Of a DNA stretch of 64,000 nucleotides, positions 46,693-56,038 are shown piece by piece. The position numbers and the translations under genes were made by a program. The DNA is from Phycisphaerales bacterium (lineage in GTDB: Bacteria > Planctomycetota > Phycisphaerae > Phycisphaerales > SM1A02). The notes below the pieces were generated by a model. It saw only the letters and a list, made by a program, of their open reading frames with translations, ran no database searches and was not told the origin of the DNA. The stretch is from the NCBI GenBank assembly GCA_009691705.1, contig SIAR01000010.1, forward strand, positions 1,430 to 65,429, read 5' to 3'. Each line of letters begins with the position of its first letter. Position 1 is the stretch's first letter.

Positions 46693-46758
46693 TGTGGGCT
46701 TTCGGTGGGGCTCACGAGTCTACGGTGAGCAGTGCGGTGCGACGGGATGCGACTGCAC

Positions 46759-48255
46759 TCAGCGCGTCGGTTCGCCAGCATCGCCCGGCGTGCCAGGCAG
46801 CGGAGCGGTCAGGTCGGGTGGTACATACTCAATGGGATAGATCGGCCGCGGTTGGTACATCGAGCGAATCCACTGCAGTGTTTCTTCGAGTTTCTGTGGA
46901 TAGAGCTTGGTGCCGAACACGGGCTTCCATCCCTTCACCGCCGGATGGGGTGTCGTCGCCTCACTCGCGGGCAGCGCGTACTGCACGATCACGGACTGCA
47001 CAGGATCGTCAAAGTTGATAAGCGGACGACCGCTGCTTGTGCCGCGCAAGAGATTGAGCAAGTTCGTATAGCGAACGCGCGCGTCGGTGGTGTTGAGACT
47101 GAAGAGAAAGAACTTGCCCGCATCAGGACCGCCGTGGCAGCGACTCGTTGCGCAGTTCGCGATGATCCATCCATCGTGCACCTTGCGGCGAAACGCGCTG
47201 AGGCTCGCGGGCTCACTTGTCACGCGAATCTTGTTGTAGAAGTCGCGCGCCTTCAGTTGAAATGCAAGTTTCACAATCTGCAGCGGATCGCCTTGCACCA
47301 GCGCAGTCTGGGCGACTGCATCCGTGGGAATCAAGGGGCTTGAACTGAAGTCGCTCAGCAGCGTGCGGGCATCGGCGTGATCTATCGTGATCTTGGGAGG
47401 TTGGTTGATATCAATCTCGTAGACCCGAATGAGATTTATTTCATCTGGTGTCAGGGTGCGGGTCGGCAACTTCACGAGTGGCGCAGGCTCATCGGGCACA
47501 AAGTCGCCCGCGGGGATCTGCGGCTTGTCCGACGCGTCCCGATCTTTTCCCCTGGTCGTGGCGAGTTGGGCGGTCACCTGTCGAAGCAGCGCGACCGCCT
47601 CGGGCATCTTTGCGTCTTCCACGAGTTGGGTGAGTTCGGCGTGCGCCTCGACGTACTTGCCCTCGCTGATCAGCCAGTCGCACAGCGCAAGCCTGCGAAC
47701 CGTGTCGTCTTTCTGCATGGTCGCCTTTATTGCGCGGTAACGCTCCTCAAAGGGACGGCTGAGCGCCACTCGGAAGACCTCGCTGCGAGTGACCTTTCCA
47801 GGAACGACCCCGACCTGATATCGCACCTCGTCGTAGTCATCTGCCACAATGTCGGCAGGAAACCCAGTGCCATCCCGGCGATAAATCACTCCAGGAGTCG
47901 GCGCAAGAACCTCCATGAGTGGAATGACATCGAGAATCTCGTCCTTCTTGAATTCACTGCGCTTGCCATCCCGTTCGATGACGATGCGATCTTCATCTTC
48001 GTACACAACTACTCCGCCACACTCATTCTTGCGATCGATAACGAGGTGTACGCGTCGTGCAGCAGCAACGGGAGCGGTTGTCGCCGGCGGTGTCGCCGGC
48101 GGTGTCGCACTGGGCGGCGGTGAAACTGGCGCCGCGGGTGCACTTTGAGTCGCAGTGGCGCGCGAAGCGGGCTGGTCGTCAGCCTCTGCCACGCGCAGCG
48201 CGACGTGCACACAACACAGACTCGAAATCAGAATCAATGATGATCGCAGATTCAT
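46759..48255 (-). CDS. secreted hypothetical protein with a Pro/Thr linker and a planctomycete-cytochrome-like module carrying CX4CH
   Basis: Signal peptide MNLRSSLILISSLCCVHVALRVAEA. The PT-rich repeat PPSATPPATPPATTAP is encoded by a 12-bp tandem repeat near 48080-48110. The C-terminal VHDGWIIANCATSRCHGGPDAGKFFL resembles the planctomycete cytochrome C (PSCyt-type) module, but with CX4CH instead of CXXCH. Confidence 0.5.
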   Translation of the reverse strand: MNLRSSLILISSLCCVHVALRVAEADDQPASRATATQSAPAAPVSPPPSATPPATPPATTAPVAAARRVHLVIDRKNECGGVVVYEDEDRIVIERDGKRSEFKKDEILDVIPLMEVLAPTPGVIYRRDGTGFPADIVADDYDEVRYQVGVVPGKVTRSEVFRVALSRPFEERYRAIKATMQKDDTVRRLALCDWLISEGKYVEAHAELTQLVEDAKMPEAVALLRQVTAQLATTRGKDRDASDKPQIPAGDFVPDEPAPLVKLPTRTLTPDEINLIRVYEIDINQPPKITIDHADARTLLSDFSSSPLIPTDAVAQTALVQGDPLQIVKLAFQLKARDFYNKIRVTSEPASLSAFRRKVHDGWIIANCATSRCHGGPDAGKFFLFSLNTTDARVRYTNLLNLLRGTSSGRPLINFDDPVQSVIVQYALPASEATTPHPAVKGWKPVFGTKLYPQKLEETLQWIRSMYQPRPIYPIEYVPPDLTAPLPGTPGDAGEPTR

Positions 48256-48302
48256 GGATGAGGTGACCCACGAGCGAGTGTACGAGATACGCTTGAGACA
48301 TT

Positions 48303-49295
48303 ATGAAACTTGGAGTGATGTCCGCACTGTTTTCTGGTCGTCCCCTCGAAGAAGTCGTGCGATTGTGCGCCGAGCAGGGCCTTGGGGCGATCGAACTTCC
48401 GGTCGGTGCCTATCCAGGCAAGCCTTTTTTTGAGCCATCTTCTGTGCTCAATGATCGGCGCGCGCAGGATCGCATCAAGTCACTTCTCAAAGATCACGGA
48501 CTCGAACTCTCCGGGCTGGCAGTGCATGGAAACCCAGTGCATCCCGACCGCACCATTGCGCGCGTTCATCACAACGCGTACGTGGCCGCAGTGAAACTCG
48601 CCCCCAAACTTGGCACTGACATCGTCATCACCTTTTCTGGATGCCCCGGCGGCGCCAAGGGTGACAAGAGTCCAAACTGGGTGACCTGCCCGTGGCCTGG
48701 TGACTTTTCGCAGACGCTCAGTTATCAGTGGGACGATGTGTTGGTTCCGTACTGGGCTGCGCAGGCGAAACTTTGTCGCACGCACGGTGTGCGCACTGCT
48801 TGGGAAGGGCATCCCGGGTTTTGCGCCTACAACCCCGAGACGCTGATCCAACTTTCACGGCGGGCAATGGCGGCGTCGGCCCTCAAGGGAAAACCGAATC
48901 TTGGAGCGAATCTCGATCCATCCCATTTCTTCTGGCAGGGGATCGACCCGGTTCTCGCAGCGAAGATTCTGGGTGAAGCGGGGTTGCTCTTTTACGTGCA
49001 CGCTAAAGACACCGAACTCGATCGACATGAGGGACCGCGCAACGGATATCTCGATGCGCGCCCATACAGCGCGCTCAATTCGCGCTCATGGAACTTTCGC
49101 ACCTGTGGTGATGGTCATGGTCACGAGTTCTGGAAACCATTTGTCGCCATGCTTCGCCGTTACGGATACGACCACGTTCTCTCAATCGAGCACGAAGACG
49201 CACTACTGAGCGTCGATGAAGGATTCCGCCGCGCAGTGCGATTTCTCAAGGATGTGATCATCGAAGCGCCGCCCGCGACGCCTTGGTGGACCTGA
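48303..49295 (+). CDS. sugar phosphate isomerase/epimerase (xylose-isomerase-like TIM barrel)
   Basis: The MKLGV start, ..IELP.., the conserved NLDPSHF and SIEHED metal-ligand blocks and the 330-aa length fit this family. Confidence 0.8.
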   Translation: MKLGVMSALFSGRPLEEVVRLCAEQGLGAIELPVGAYPGKPFFEPSSVLNDRRAQDRIKSLLKDHGLELSGLAVHGNPVHPDRTIARVHHNAYVAAVKLAPKLGTDIVITFSGCPGGAKGDKSPNWVTCPWPGDFSQTLSYQWDDVLVPYWAAQAKLCRTHGVRTAWEGHPGFCAYNPETLIQLSRRAMAASALKGKPNLGANLDPSHFFWQGIDPVLAAKILGEAGLLFYVHAKDTELDRHEGPRNGYLDARPYSALNSRSWNFRTCGDGHGHEFWKPFVAMLRRYGYDHVLSIEHEDALLSVDEGFRRAVRFLKDVIIEAPPATPWWT

Positions 49296-49314
49296 GGCTC
49301 GTCCCGACACGCAC

Positions 49315-51075
49315 TTATTCGCGCGGAAGAGGCGTGATGTCGATGTCTTTCGAGCGACTCACCACGACGGTCCAAGTGATCGTTGTCCCTGCGCTCCCCG
49401 TGGGTGTTGGAGCCATCCCAAGATCCCATCGCAGGATGCCCAAAGGAAGTTCATTCGCAACATACTGCGCGTTGACGGAGAGCGGCAACGAGTTGTTTGT
49501 GAGGCGCACTTCAACCTTGTCACTGCGACTCACAGGATGGCGATCGAGTAGTTCGACGCGAATCGACCTTCCCGATCCATTGGAAAGGGTGATGCGGTAA
49601 TCGCTCACACTGTCGAGTCCGCCCCCGAAGAGTCCTGACTGCCGATCCTCGCGCTTCACGAGTTCGCGGCACGCCGTGACGGCCTGGTCTGCGCCGAAGA
49701 AGACTTCGAATTCTTGCTTTGGGGATGCACCCGCGAATGAGGTTGCTCCCACATAGTCGGCGCCAACGAAGACCGATGCGCGCCCTGGCAAGAGCTGAAA
49801 TGCGCTCGCATTCGTCAGCGTTCCTCTGAGGAAGACCCCGTCAGAGGCGACCGGTTGCGTCTGATAGACGAACTGGGCAGGTGCATCAAACGAAGCGATG
49901 CGGGCCCGCCTTCGCAACTGATCGTCGCTCGGCGCGTCAAAGGGAAGTGCAATGGTGTAGGTCACGCTCGGACCCGATCCCGCAACGCTGGCATCAACGC
50001 TCAGCTCTTGCGCGACTGATTTGCGCCGATCGGCGAGCGCCGCGCGCCCGCGCATCGCAGGCCACGCATCGCTCTTAGATGGGGCTGCGATCGTGGGTGC
50101 CGGAGCGTCCGCGGCCATCGAGAGACTATCGACACTTTCATAGAAGATGCCGGGCGTTGGCGCCTGAACATCGACGTACCACGGTGTCACAGCCGATGGG
50201 CTTGCCGCACGCGAGGGACGCGCCGTCGAGAGCGAGAGGCGAACGCCATTCCAATCTTCGCCAGAATGTTGAACAACGACCGCATCAAACTCAACCGACA
50301 TGGCATTGCTGTCTGGAGCGGCACGAAACGAATATGCCGGCTCCCAACGCGCGTCAGAGACGAGATACGAGAGGCGCAATGAGACCGACCCCTCAGTTGC
50401 GACCGCCAGCAAGACTTCAGCACTCGGGATGGTTGTTCCTTGACCTCCTAGTGCCGCGCGCCGCGATTGCGCCGCAGCAAGATCTTTGCGAAGAAGGTCA
50501 GCGCGTTCTGTCACTTCTCGAATCGCGTTGGACGCGCGCGTGCGCTGGGCAGCCATCCAAGCCAATTGACCGTCGAGGGTCGCAAGATCAAGTTTGGCGG
50601 TGCCGCCATCCTTGCTGGCATCCGCTGCGGCGCGCACTCCCACCGATTCGATCAACTTGAGTTCGCTTTGAAACGCCGCGAGTGAATCGGCGTTGGCAGC
50701 GATCGTTTGATTCAGTTTCAGAAGTTGGGCGTCAAGTGCGGCAGCTTCGGGTGTCGAAGATGCATCGGCAATCGGGCGCAGTGCAAAATCGACTGAGAGA
50801 ATCCGTCCACTGCTGCTCTTGGCTTCGAGTGTGTCGGATTGAATCGTAAGAGGCAAGGCGTCAAAGCGAAGTTTCCAGAGACCCGGAGTGAGCGTTTGCG
50901 TCGTCACCCGCGTGACCGCTGCACGCCCCTGATAGAGCACAACTGCCTCAATCTTCGCGTCGACGAGGCGCTCTTGCGCCACGTTTGGATCGACTCCCGC
51001 ACCATCCTCTTGAGCGGGGGCAGTTGAGGCGAATGCGACGGTTGCGATTGCCAACGAGCTAAGAAGTGATTTCAT
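49315..51075 (-). CDS. DUF4140/DUF4139 (MuiA-like) family secreted protein
   Basis: Signal peptide MKSLLSSLAIATVAFASTAPA. The N-terminal block is AVTRVTTQTLTPGLWKLRFDALPLTIQSDTLEAK, followed by a central coiled coil. The C-terminal block IRVELLDRHPVSRSDKVEVRL is typical of this family as I recall it. Confidence 0.6.
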   Translation of the reverse strand: MKSLLSSLAIATVAFASTAPAQEDGAGVDPNVAQERLVDAKIEAVVLYQGRAAVTRVTTQTLTPGLWKLRFDALPLTIQSDTLEAKSSSGRILSVDFALRPIADASSTPEAAALDAQLLKLNQTIAANADSLAAFQSELKLIESVGVRAAADASKDGGTAKLDLATLDGQLAWMAAQRTRASNAIREVTERADLLRKDLAAAQSRRAALGGQGTTIPSAEVLLAVATEGSVSLRLSYLVSDARWEPAYSFRAAPDSNAMSVEFDAVVVQHSGEDWNGVRLSLSTARPSRAASPSAVTPWYVDVQAPTPGIFYESVDSLSMAADAPAPTIAAPSKSDAWPAMRGRAALADRRKSVAQELSVDASVAGSGPSVTYTIALPFDAPSDDQLRRRARIASFDAPAQFVYQTQPVASDGVFLRGTLTNASAFQLLPGRASVFVGADYVGATSFAGASPKQEFEVFFGADQAVTACRELVKREDRQSGLFGGGLDSVSDYRITLSNGSGRSIRVELLDRHPVSRSDKVEVRLTNNSLPLSVNAQYVANELPLGILRWDLGMAPTPTGSAGTTITWTVVVSRSKDIDITPLPRE

Positions 51076-51113
51076 GTGAGTACTCCGTTAAACGGTGCGA
51101 TTCATTGTTCAAG

Positions 51114-54068
51114 TCAAGGATCGATTTCGAGCAGCGCAGCGCGAGTGCCGGCGCGTTCTAACAATGCTGCGATGCGCCCTCCGTGGGCAAGGTTGCCGGC
51201 GTGAACCTCGCGAATGAGTGCGCGCGTCTCTCGTTCTTTTTGCAGGTATCGCAGGGCAATCTCAGCGACGGCGGTTGACTCCATTGACGCAAAGAAGTCG
51301 ATTCCTTCCCGATACACAATGCGACTTGCGACTCCCTTTGCAACGACCCACTCGAGGTAAGGCACCGGCAACTCAGTGAAGATTCGCTCGCCGACTGTCG
51401 CGACGAGTTCGCTCGGCATATGTTGCAGGATCACCTCGCGAAAGAGTTCCCGATCGTTCGATGCCCAACTCGCCACCGCCGGGTTGATCGCGTCGGCAGC
51501 AGCATTGATCGCGCGCGACAACTTGGTCGACAACTCAGGAAGCGGAATCGATGGATGGCGCCGTCCCTCACCGAGCAGAATCACTGCCTCTTGGCGGGCA
51601 GCTTCGCGCAACTTCTCAAGAACCTGAGTCACAAACTTCGGTTTGATCGTGAGAAACTGTTCCTCGTTGAGCAACATGCTCTCCGCGATCTCGAAACTCG
51701 AACACATCACGCCGCACTTGTTTGCGCTCGAATCTTTGATAATCAGTGTTCCAGCCTTGGTGAGTTCGATGCGCGCTTCGGGTGTCAGAAACAGGTTTGC
51801 CCCTTCAACGATGAGCCGACTCGAAGGCGTTCCGTCCGCCAGAAGAAACTCTCGCCAGTTGCGATCATTGATCGTTGCCGGGCGTCCGCCTCCAGGGATG
51901 AATGCGTCGGCCACGAGGCGATTATGCAGCGTGTTGCGAAGTTGCACTCCTTCAGGTGTGTCGGCCTTCACGATGCGGCCCTGCGCCGAGAGTGCGGCGG
52001 GATTGAACGACGCGATGGCGAGTCCAGCATGAAACAGTCGGGCGAGTTCAGTGTGGTCGAGACCTGCGGGGTCTTCTGCGACTCCGCTTCCATCTGCGAC
52101 GCCAACAATGCAGGCATTTGCACCATAGTCGCGGTGCAAGATGCACATCATGTTGCCGGCAACATCGCCGTCTGGACCGCCAGTGAGTTTGACCGTGAAG
52201 CGTTGCTTGGTTGGGTCAATCCCTTGCGACATCAACGCGATCCGCAAGAACACGTTGACCCCCTCACTTGTGACGCCGTACTCCTTGTGGTTGATTCCGC
52301 CGTTGGGCTTCGAACTCATGAACGCATTGGCGAGCGGATAGTTGCGTTGCGCGGCGTGCGCGACGATCCACTCAATGTGCATGGGAGTGATGTTCTCGTC
52401 TGGACCGAGAAAGATGAACTCATCGCGACCGAGTCGGTCCACGATGTGCGACCGCGTCGCAGCATCGGGAGTGATCAAGTCGAGAATGCCATCCACAAAT
52501 GCCTTGACGCAGCGGTTGGTTTCAGCAGGCGGCTCGAGCACGATCGCGGCCTTGGCGCCACCTTCCGGAATGTCCTTGTTCTTGAGTTGTTGGGCGAACG
52601 CAAGTCCATACACCTCGTCAAAGAGACGCTCAGACTCACGCTCGAACAGCACCGCGGTAGCTGGTTTGACCACGCGCAGTCCTCCGCGCGCAATCTCTTT
52701 GAAGCGCACGTGAAAACCGTGGAATCCGCGCCCGTTGACAAAGAAGACTCCAAACGGAGTCTCTGGACGGGTCGGTCCAACAAGCAACGTCGGATCGAGC
52801 CGCAATGCGAACGAGAACCGACCAGGCACATAGAAATTTGTGCGGCGCACTGCGCGCACTGCGCGCAGGAGTGCCCCGAAAATCTCACGCGAGTCATCGG
52901 AGTCGTTAACCGCTGCGACTTGGGCAGCGAGTTCTTCGCTGCGCTTCTCGAACGCGTGGTCACTCATGGGAGCGGCAGGGTTGAACCGCTCGGTGAATAG
53001 CGCCAGAATTGGCCGGGTCAGCGCAATTCGGCCCTCGAACGTCGCTGTCACTCGGTCGCGACTGAATGCCAGCGGATCGGTCGGGCTGAGCATGTGCCGA
53101 ATCAGGTCGGCAAAGGCTCCGATTAGTTCGCCCTCAATCAGCGTGAACTCGGGTCGTCGACCGAGCAATTCGAGCGCGCGAAAGTCCATCCACTTGATGC
53201 GCAGCAGATCATTCTTGACTGTCGCCCAACGCGGATCGCTCGCGTCGATGCGGGTCTGGTTCGCCCACTGCACGATAAACCCGACGAATGTGACCGAACC
53301 GTGCGGAGGGTCTTGCACCATGTCAAGATGAGCTCTGGTGATGTTGACATTGTTGCGAGTCAACATTCGCGCCGCGCGTTCGAGCATCGTTCTCATTCGG
53401 GCGTTGGATGCCGCGAATGTGATCCGGCTCGTGGTTGGATCAGATTCGTTCTCGAGAGAGACCACCGGCTTGTCGCTGCCTGAAATGGTGCAGAAGAGCT
53501 CAAAGTGTCGGCAGATTCGCAGGGGAGTAACAGTGAGCAGATATCGCGCCGAGCAGCCTGCGAGGTAGCCGCGCAGTCGCTCTATATCCACCGTTGGATG
53601 CTCGCGCTTGGCAAAGGCGATGGTCGATGCAACTGCCGCGGACTGGGCGGCGTTGCCACTGTCAAATGGTTCCTGCTCTCCAAACTCAAACGTGTCGATG
53701 ACGAGCGTTCCATCCTTCGATGAATGAATCTTTGCCGCCCGCAATGAGGCGTCGAACGGAAGATCGCGCACGATGTCGGCAAGCACCCCGGCACGGTTGC
53801 CAGAGCGGATCGCTGTGATCGTGCTGCCGTCGGTCCCGCGAAGCATCACATCGACTGGGCGATCGGACGCGCGCGCCGCCAGTATCGAGCGCAAGTGCAC
53901 CCGCTGAGCCTCCTGCGGGGTGTCTTGAAAGTACATCGTGGGCATGTTGTTCAGAAACCACGGGACGATTTCGCTCGCTGTCGAACGGAACTCTTCCGTC
54001 AGAGACTTCATAAGTCCGTCGGCAGTGGATGCGTGCTTAGAAACATCAGTTGATTGCACAGAGGTCAT
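51114..54068 (-). CDS. NAD-specific glutamate dehydrogenase, large (about 110 kDa) form
   Basis: The Glu/Leu/Phe/Val dehydrogenase core blocks KNKDIPEGGAKAAIV, LTGGPDGDVAGN and VEGANLFLTPEAR are embedded in a 984-aa protein with a long N-terminal region. Confidence 0.75.
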   Translation of the reverse strand: MTSVQSTDVSKHASTADGLMKSLTEEFRSTASEIVPWFLNNMPTMYFQDTPQEAQRVHLRSILAARASDRPVDVMLRGTDGSTITAIRSGNRAGVLADIVRDLPFDASLRAAKIHSSKDGTLVIDTFEFGEQEPFDSGNAAQSAAVASTIAFAKREHPTVDIERLRGYLAGCSARYLLTVTPLRICRHFELFCTISGSDKPVVSLENESDPTTSRITFAASNARMRTMLERAARMLTRNNVNITRAHLDMVQDPPHGSVTFVGFIVQWANQTRIDASDPRWATVKNDLLRIKWMDFRALELLGRRPEFTLIEGELIGAFADLIRHMLSPTDPLAFSRDRVTATFEGRIALTRPILALFTERFNPAAPMSDHAFEKRSEELAAQVAAVNDSDDSREIFGALLRAVRAVRRTNFYVPGRFSFALRLDPTLLVGPTRPETPFGVFFVNGRGFHGFHVRFKEIARGGLRVVKPATAVLFERESERLFDEVYGLAFAQQLKNKDIPEGGAKAAIVLEPPAETNRCVKAFVDGILDLITPDAATRSHIVDRLGRDEFIFLGPDENITPMHIEWIVAHAAQRNYPLANAFMSSKPNGGINHKEYGVTSEGVNVFLRIALMSQGIDPTKQRFTVKLTGGPDGDVAGNMMCILHRDYGANACIVGVADGSGVAEDPAGLDHTELARLFHAGLAIASFNPAALSAQGRIVKADTPEGVQLRNTLHNRLVADAFIPGGGRPATINDRNWREFLLADGTPSSRLIVEGANLFLTPEARIELTKAGTLIIKDSSANKCGVMCSSFEIAESMLLNEEQFLTIKPKFVTQVLEKLREAARQEAVILLGEGRRHPSIPLPELSTKLSRAINAAADAINPAVASWASNDRELFREVILQHMPSELVATVGERIFTELPVPYLEWVVAKGVASRIVYREGIDFFASMESTAVAEIALRYLQKERETRALIREVHAGNLAHGGRIAALLERAGTRAALLEIDP

Positions 54069-54116
54069 CCCGTAAAACTACCCGCTCTGCTCACTTGGAG
54101 GGGAGCCAATCTTGCG

Positions 54117-54995
54117 ATGACAACGATCATTCTCGGAAATTTCGATGGCGTCCATACCGGACATCAAGCGCTCATTCGCACCGCCTGCGATGTTTCAGCG
54201 GGTGGCGAGGTTATCGCTGTCACGTTTGAGACGCATCCAGCGGAGTTCACGAAGCGCGAAACCCCAGCGCGGCTAACTTCAAACGCAATGCGGGAGCGTC
54301 TCCTGATCGGCGCGGGTGTGACGCGCGTCGAGTCGTTGAAGGTGAGTGAGGCGTTGTTGCGTCAGACGCCACACGAGTTCATCGCAACATTGCACAACCG
54401 ACTTCGGTTTTCCAACATCGTCGAAGGACCAGACTTTCGTTTCGGATGCAATCGCAGTGGCACCGTCGAGACGCTTCGTGAGATTGGAGCGCAATTGGGA
54501 TTTGCAACCGCCGTCGTCGAAGAAGCCGAGGTGGCACTGCACGATGGGCAACTCGTCTGTGCGCGCAGTTCGCTGGTGCGTTGGCTGCTCGCGCGCGGGC
54601 GGGTCGCAGATGCATCCATCATCTTGGGTCGCCCCCATTGCGTGGCGGGAATTGTTGTGGAGGGTGCGCACCGTGGCAGAGAGCTGGGCTTCCCAACTGC
54701 CAACATCGCCGAGTGCGATGCTGTGCTTCCCGCGGATGGCATCTACGAAGTCGCGGTAGAAGATGCGCGTGGCAAGGGCTGGAGTGGAGCGGCCAGTATC
54801 GGCACGAATCCCACGTTTGGCGCAGGTCTGCGTACGCTCGAGGTTCATATGCCGGCACTTCCATTCGAGAGCAATCTCTACAGCCAATCGCTGCGCGTTT
54901 CTTTCACTCGGTGGATTCGTGAAATGTTGCGATTCGATTCGGTCGAGGCACTAGTGGCGCAGATCACTCGGGATTGCGCCAAGGTGAGGGTATGA
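54117..54995 (+). CDS. ribF: bifunctional riboflavin kinase / FAD synthetase
   Basis: Trimmed to ATG 54117. GNFDGVHTGHQALI is the nucleotidyltransferase motif. The C-terminal kinase blocks GFPTANI and PTFG...LEVH are present. Confidence 0.92.
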   Translation: MTTIILGNFDGVHTGHQALIRTACDVSAGGEVIAVTFETHPAEFTKRETPARLTSNAMRERLLIGAGVTRVESLKVSEALLRQTPHEFIATLHNRLRFSNIVEGPDFRFGCNRSGTVETLREIGAQLGFATAVVEEAEVALHDGQLVCARSSLVRWLLARGRVADASIILGRPHCVAGIVVEGAHRGRELGFPTANIAECDAVLPADGIYEVAVEDARGKGWSGAASIGTNPTFGAGLRTLEVHMPALPFESNLYSQSLRVSFTRWIREMLRFDSVEALVAQITRDCAKVRV

Positions 54996-56029
54996 GCCGC
55001 TACGCCTCGACGAGCGACCTCTCATCCATCGCCGCGCGTTTGCGCAGTGCTGCCCATATCACGATCGTGACGCATGCGAAGCCAGACGGAGACGCGGCGG
55101 GATCAGTGCTAGCACTCGCCCGCGCCCTGCGAGCGATAGGCAAATCCGTCGACGCTTTCTTTACGGGCGTTGTTGAGGCGAACATCATGGCGCTCGCGCT
55201 GCCCGGCGAGGTGTTGGTTGCACCAGCGGCGATGCCCAGTGCGACTACTGATCTTGTTGTGCTCGTCGACACGGGCGCATGGAGCCAAGTCGAACCGCTT
55301 CATGACTTTCTTCGCGCGATGGCTGGGCGTGTCATCGGGCTCGACCATCACGCCCGCGGCGATGAGATCGCGAGTGATCGCATAGTCGACCCGTCACTTG
55401 CTTCGGCGACACAGTTGGTTGTGAAGTTGGTCGATGAACTCGGGGTGCCACTGGTTTGCCCTGGCGCATCGGCGAACTTTTCGATCGCCGAGGCGGTCTT
55501 CACTGGCCTCGCAACAGACACGGGATGGTTTCGCTTTCAGAGCGCGGATGCGGCCGTCTACGCACTCGCGGCGAGATTGCTCGCTCTGGGAGTTGACAAG
55601 ATTGCTCTCTATCAACGCCTCGAAGAGAACTGGCCAGCGACGCGGCTTGGCATGATGGCACGGGCGCTCTCTTCGTTGACCTTTCATCAGGATGGTCGGG
55701 TCGCGATGATGTGCATTTCGCTGAACGACATCAATGCGGCAGGTGCGAGTTCAACTGACCTGGCAGGCTTTGTCAACATTCCACTCGCAATTGGATCGAT
55801 CGGAATGTCCATCGTGCTCACCGAAGCAGAATCGAATCTCACCAGGGCGAGTTTTCGCAGCAAGCCATCCCTCTCGAAACTTCCGCCCATCGATGTCAAT
55901 GCATTCGCTGCGCGATTTGGTGGCGGGGGCCATGTGCAAGCCGCAGGGGCGAAGTTCAGGCTGCCCCTCGATCAAGCGCGTCTCGAAGTCGAGCGAGAAT
56001 TGTTGACACTCTGCTCGGCGCCGCAATGA
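54992..56029 (+). CDS. DHH-family phosphoesterase, NrnA-like (oligoribonuclease/pAp phosphatase)
   Basis: ATG 54992 overlaps the ribF stop (ATGA). The DHH motifs ITIVTHAKPDGDAAGS, LVDTG and GLDHH are present, with the DHHA1 motif GGGHVQAAG. Confidence 0.8.
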   Translation: MSRYASTSDLSSIAARLRSAAHITIVTHAKPDGDAAGSVLALARALRAIGKSVDAFFTGVVEANIMALALPGEVLVAPAAMPSATTDLVVLVDTGAWSQVEPLHDFLRAMAGRVIGLDHHARGDEIASDRIVDPSLASATQLVVKLVDELGVPLVCPGASANFSIAEAVFTGLATDTGWFRFQSADAAVYALAARLLALGVDKIALYQRLEENWPATRLGMMARALSSLTFHQDGRVAMMCISLNDINAAGASSTDLAGFVNIPLAIGSIGMSIVLTEAESNLTRASFRSKPSLSKLPPIDVNAFAARFGGGGHVQAAGAKFRLPLDQARLEVERELLTLCSAPQ

Positions 56030-56038
56030 GGTGATCCC

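Noticed and set aside
51420-53000. A 526-aa ORF on the plus strand, opposite the glutamate dehydrogenase gene. Similar long antisense ORFs occur at 24058-25017, 22822-23619, 10724-11650, 59558-60628, 30564-31574, 33984-34895, 56064-56828, 58157-58906 and 43517-44434.
   Set aside because: Each lies entirely inside a gene with strong family motifs on the other strand. Their translations are Arg/Ser/Ala/Cys-rich low-complexity sequences with no recognisable motifs. Long shadow ORFs are expected at this GC content.
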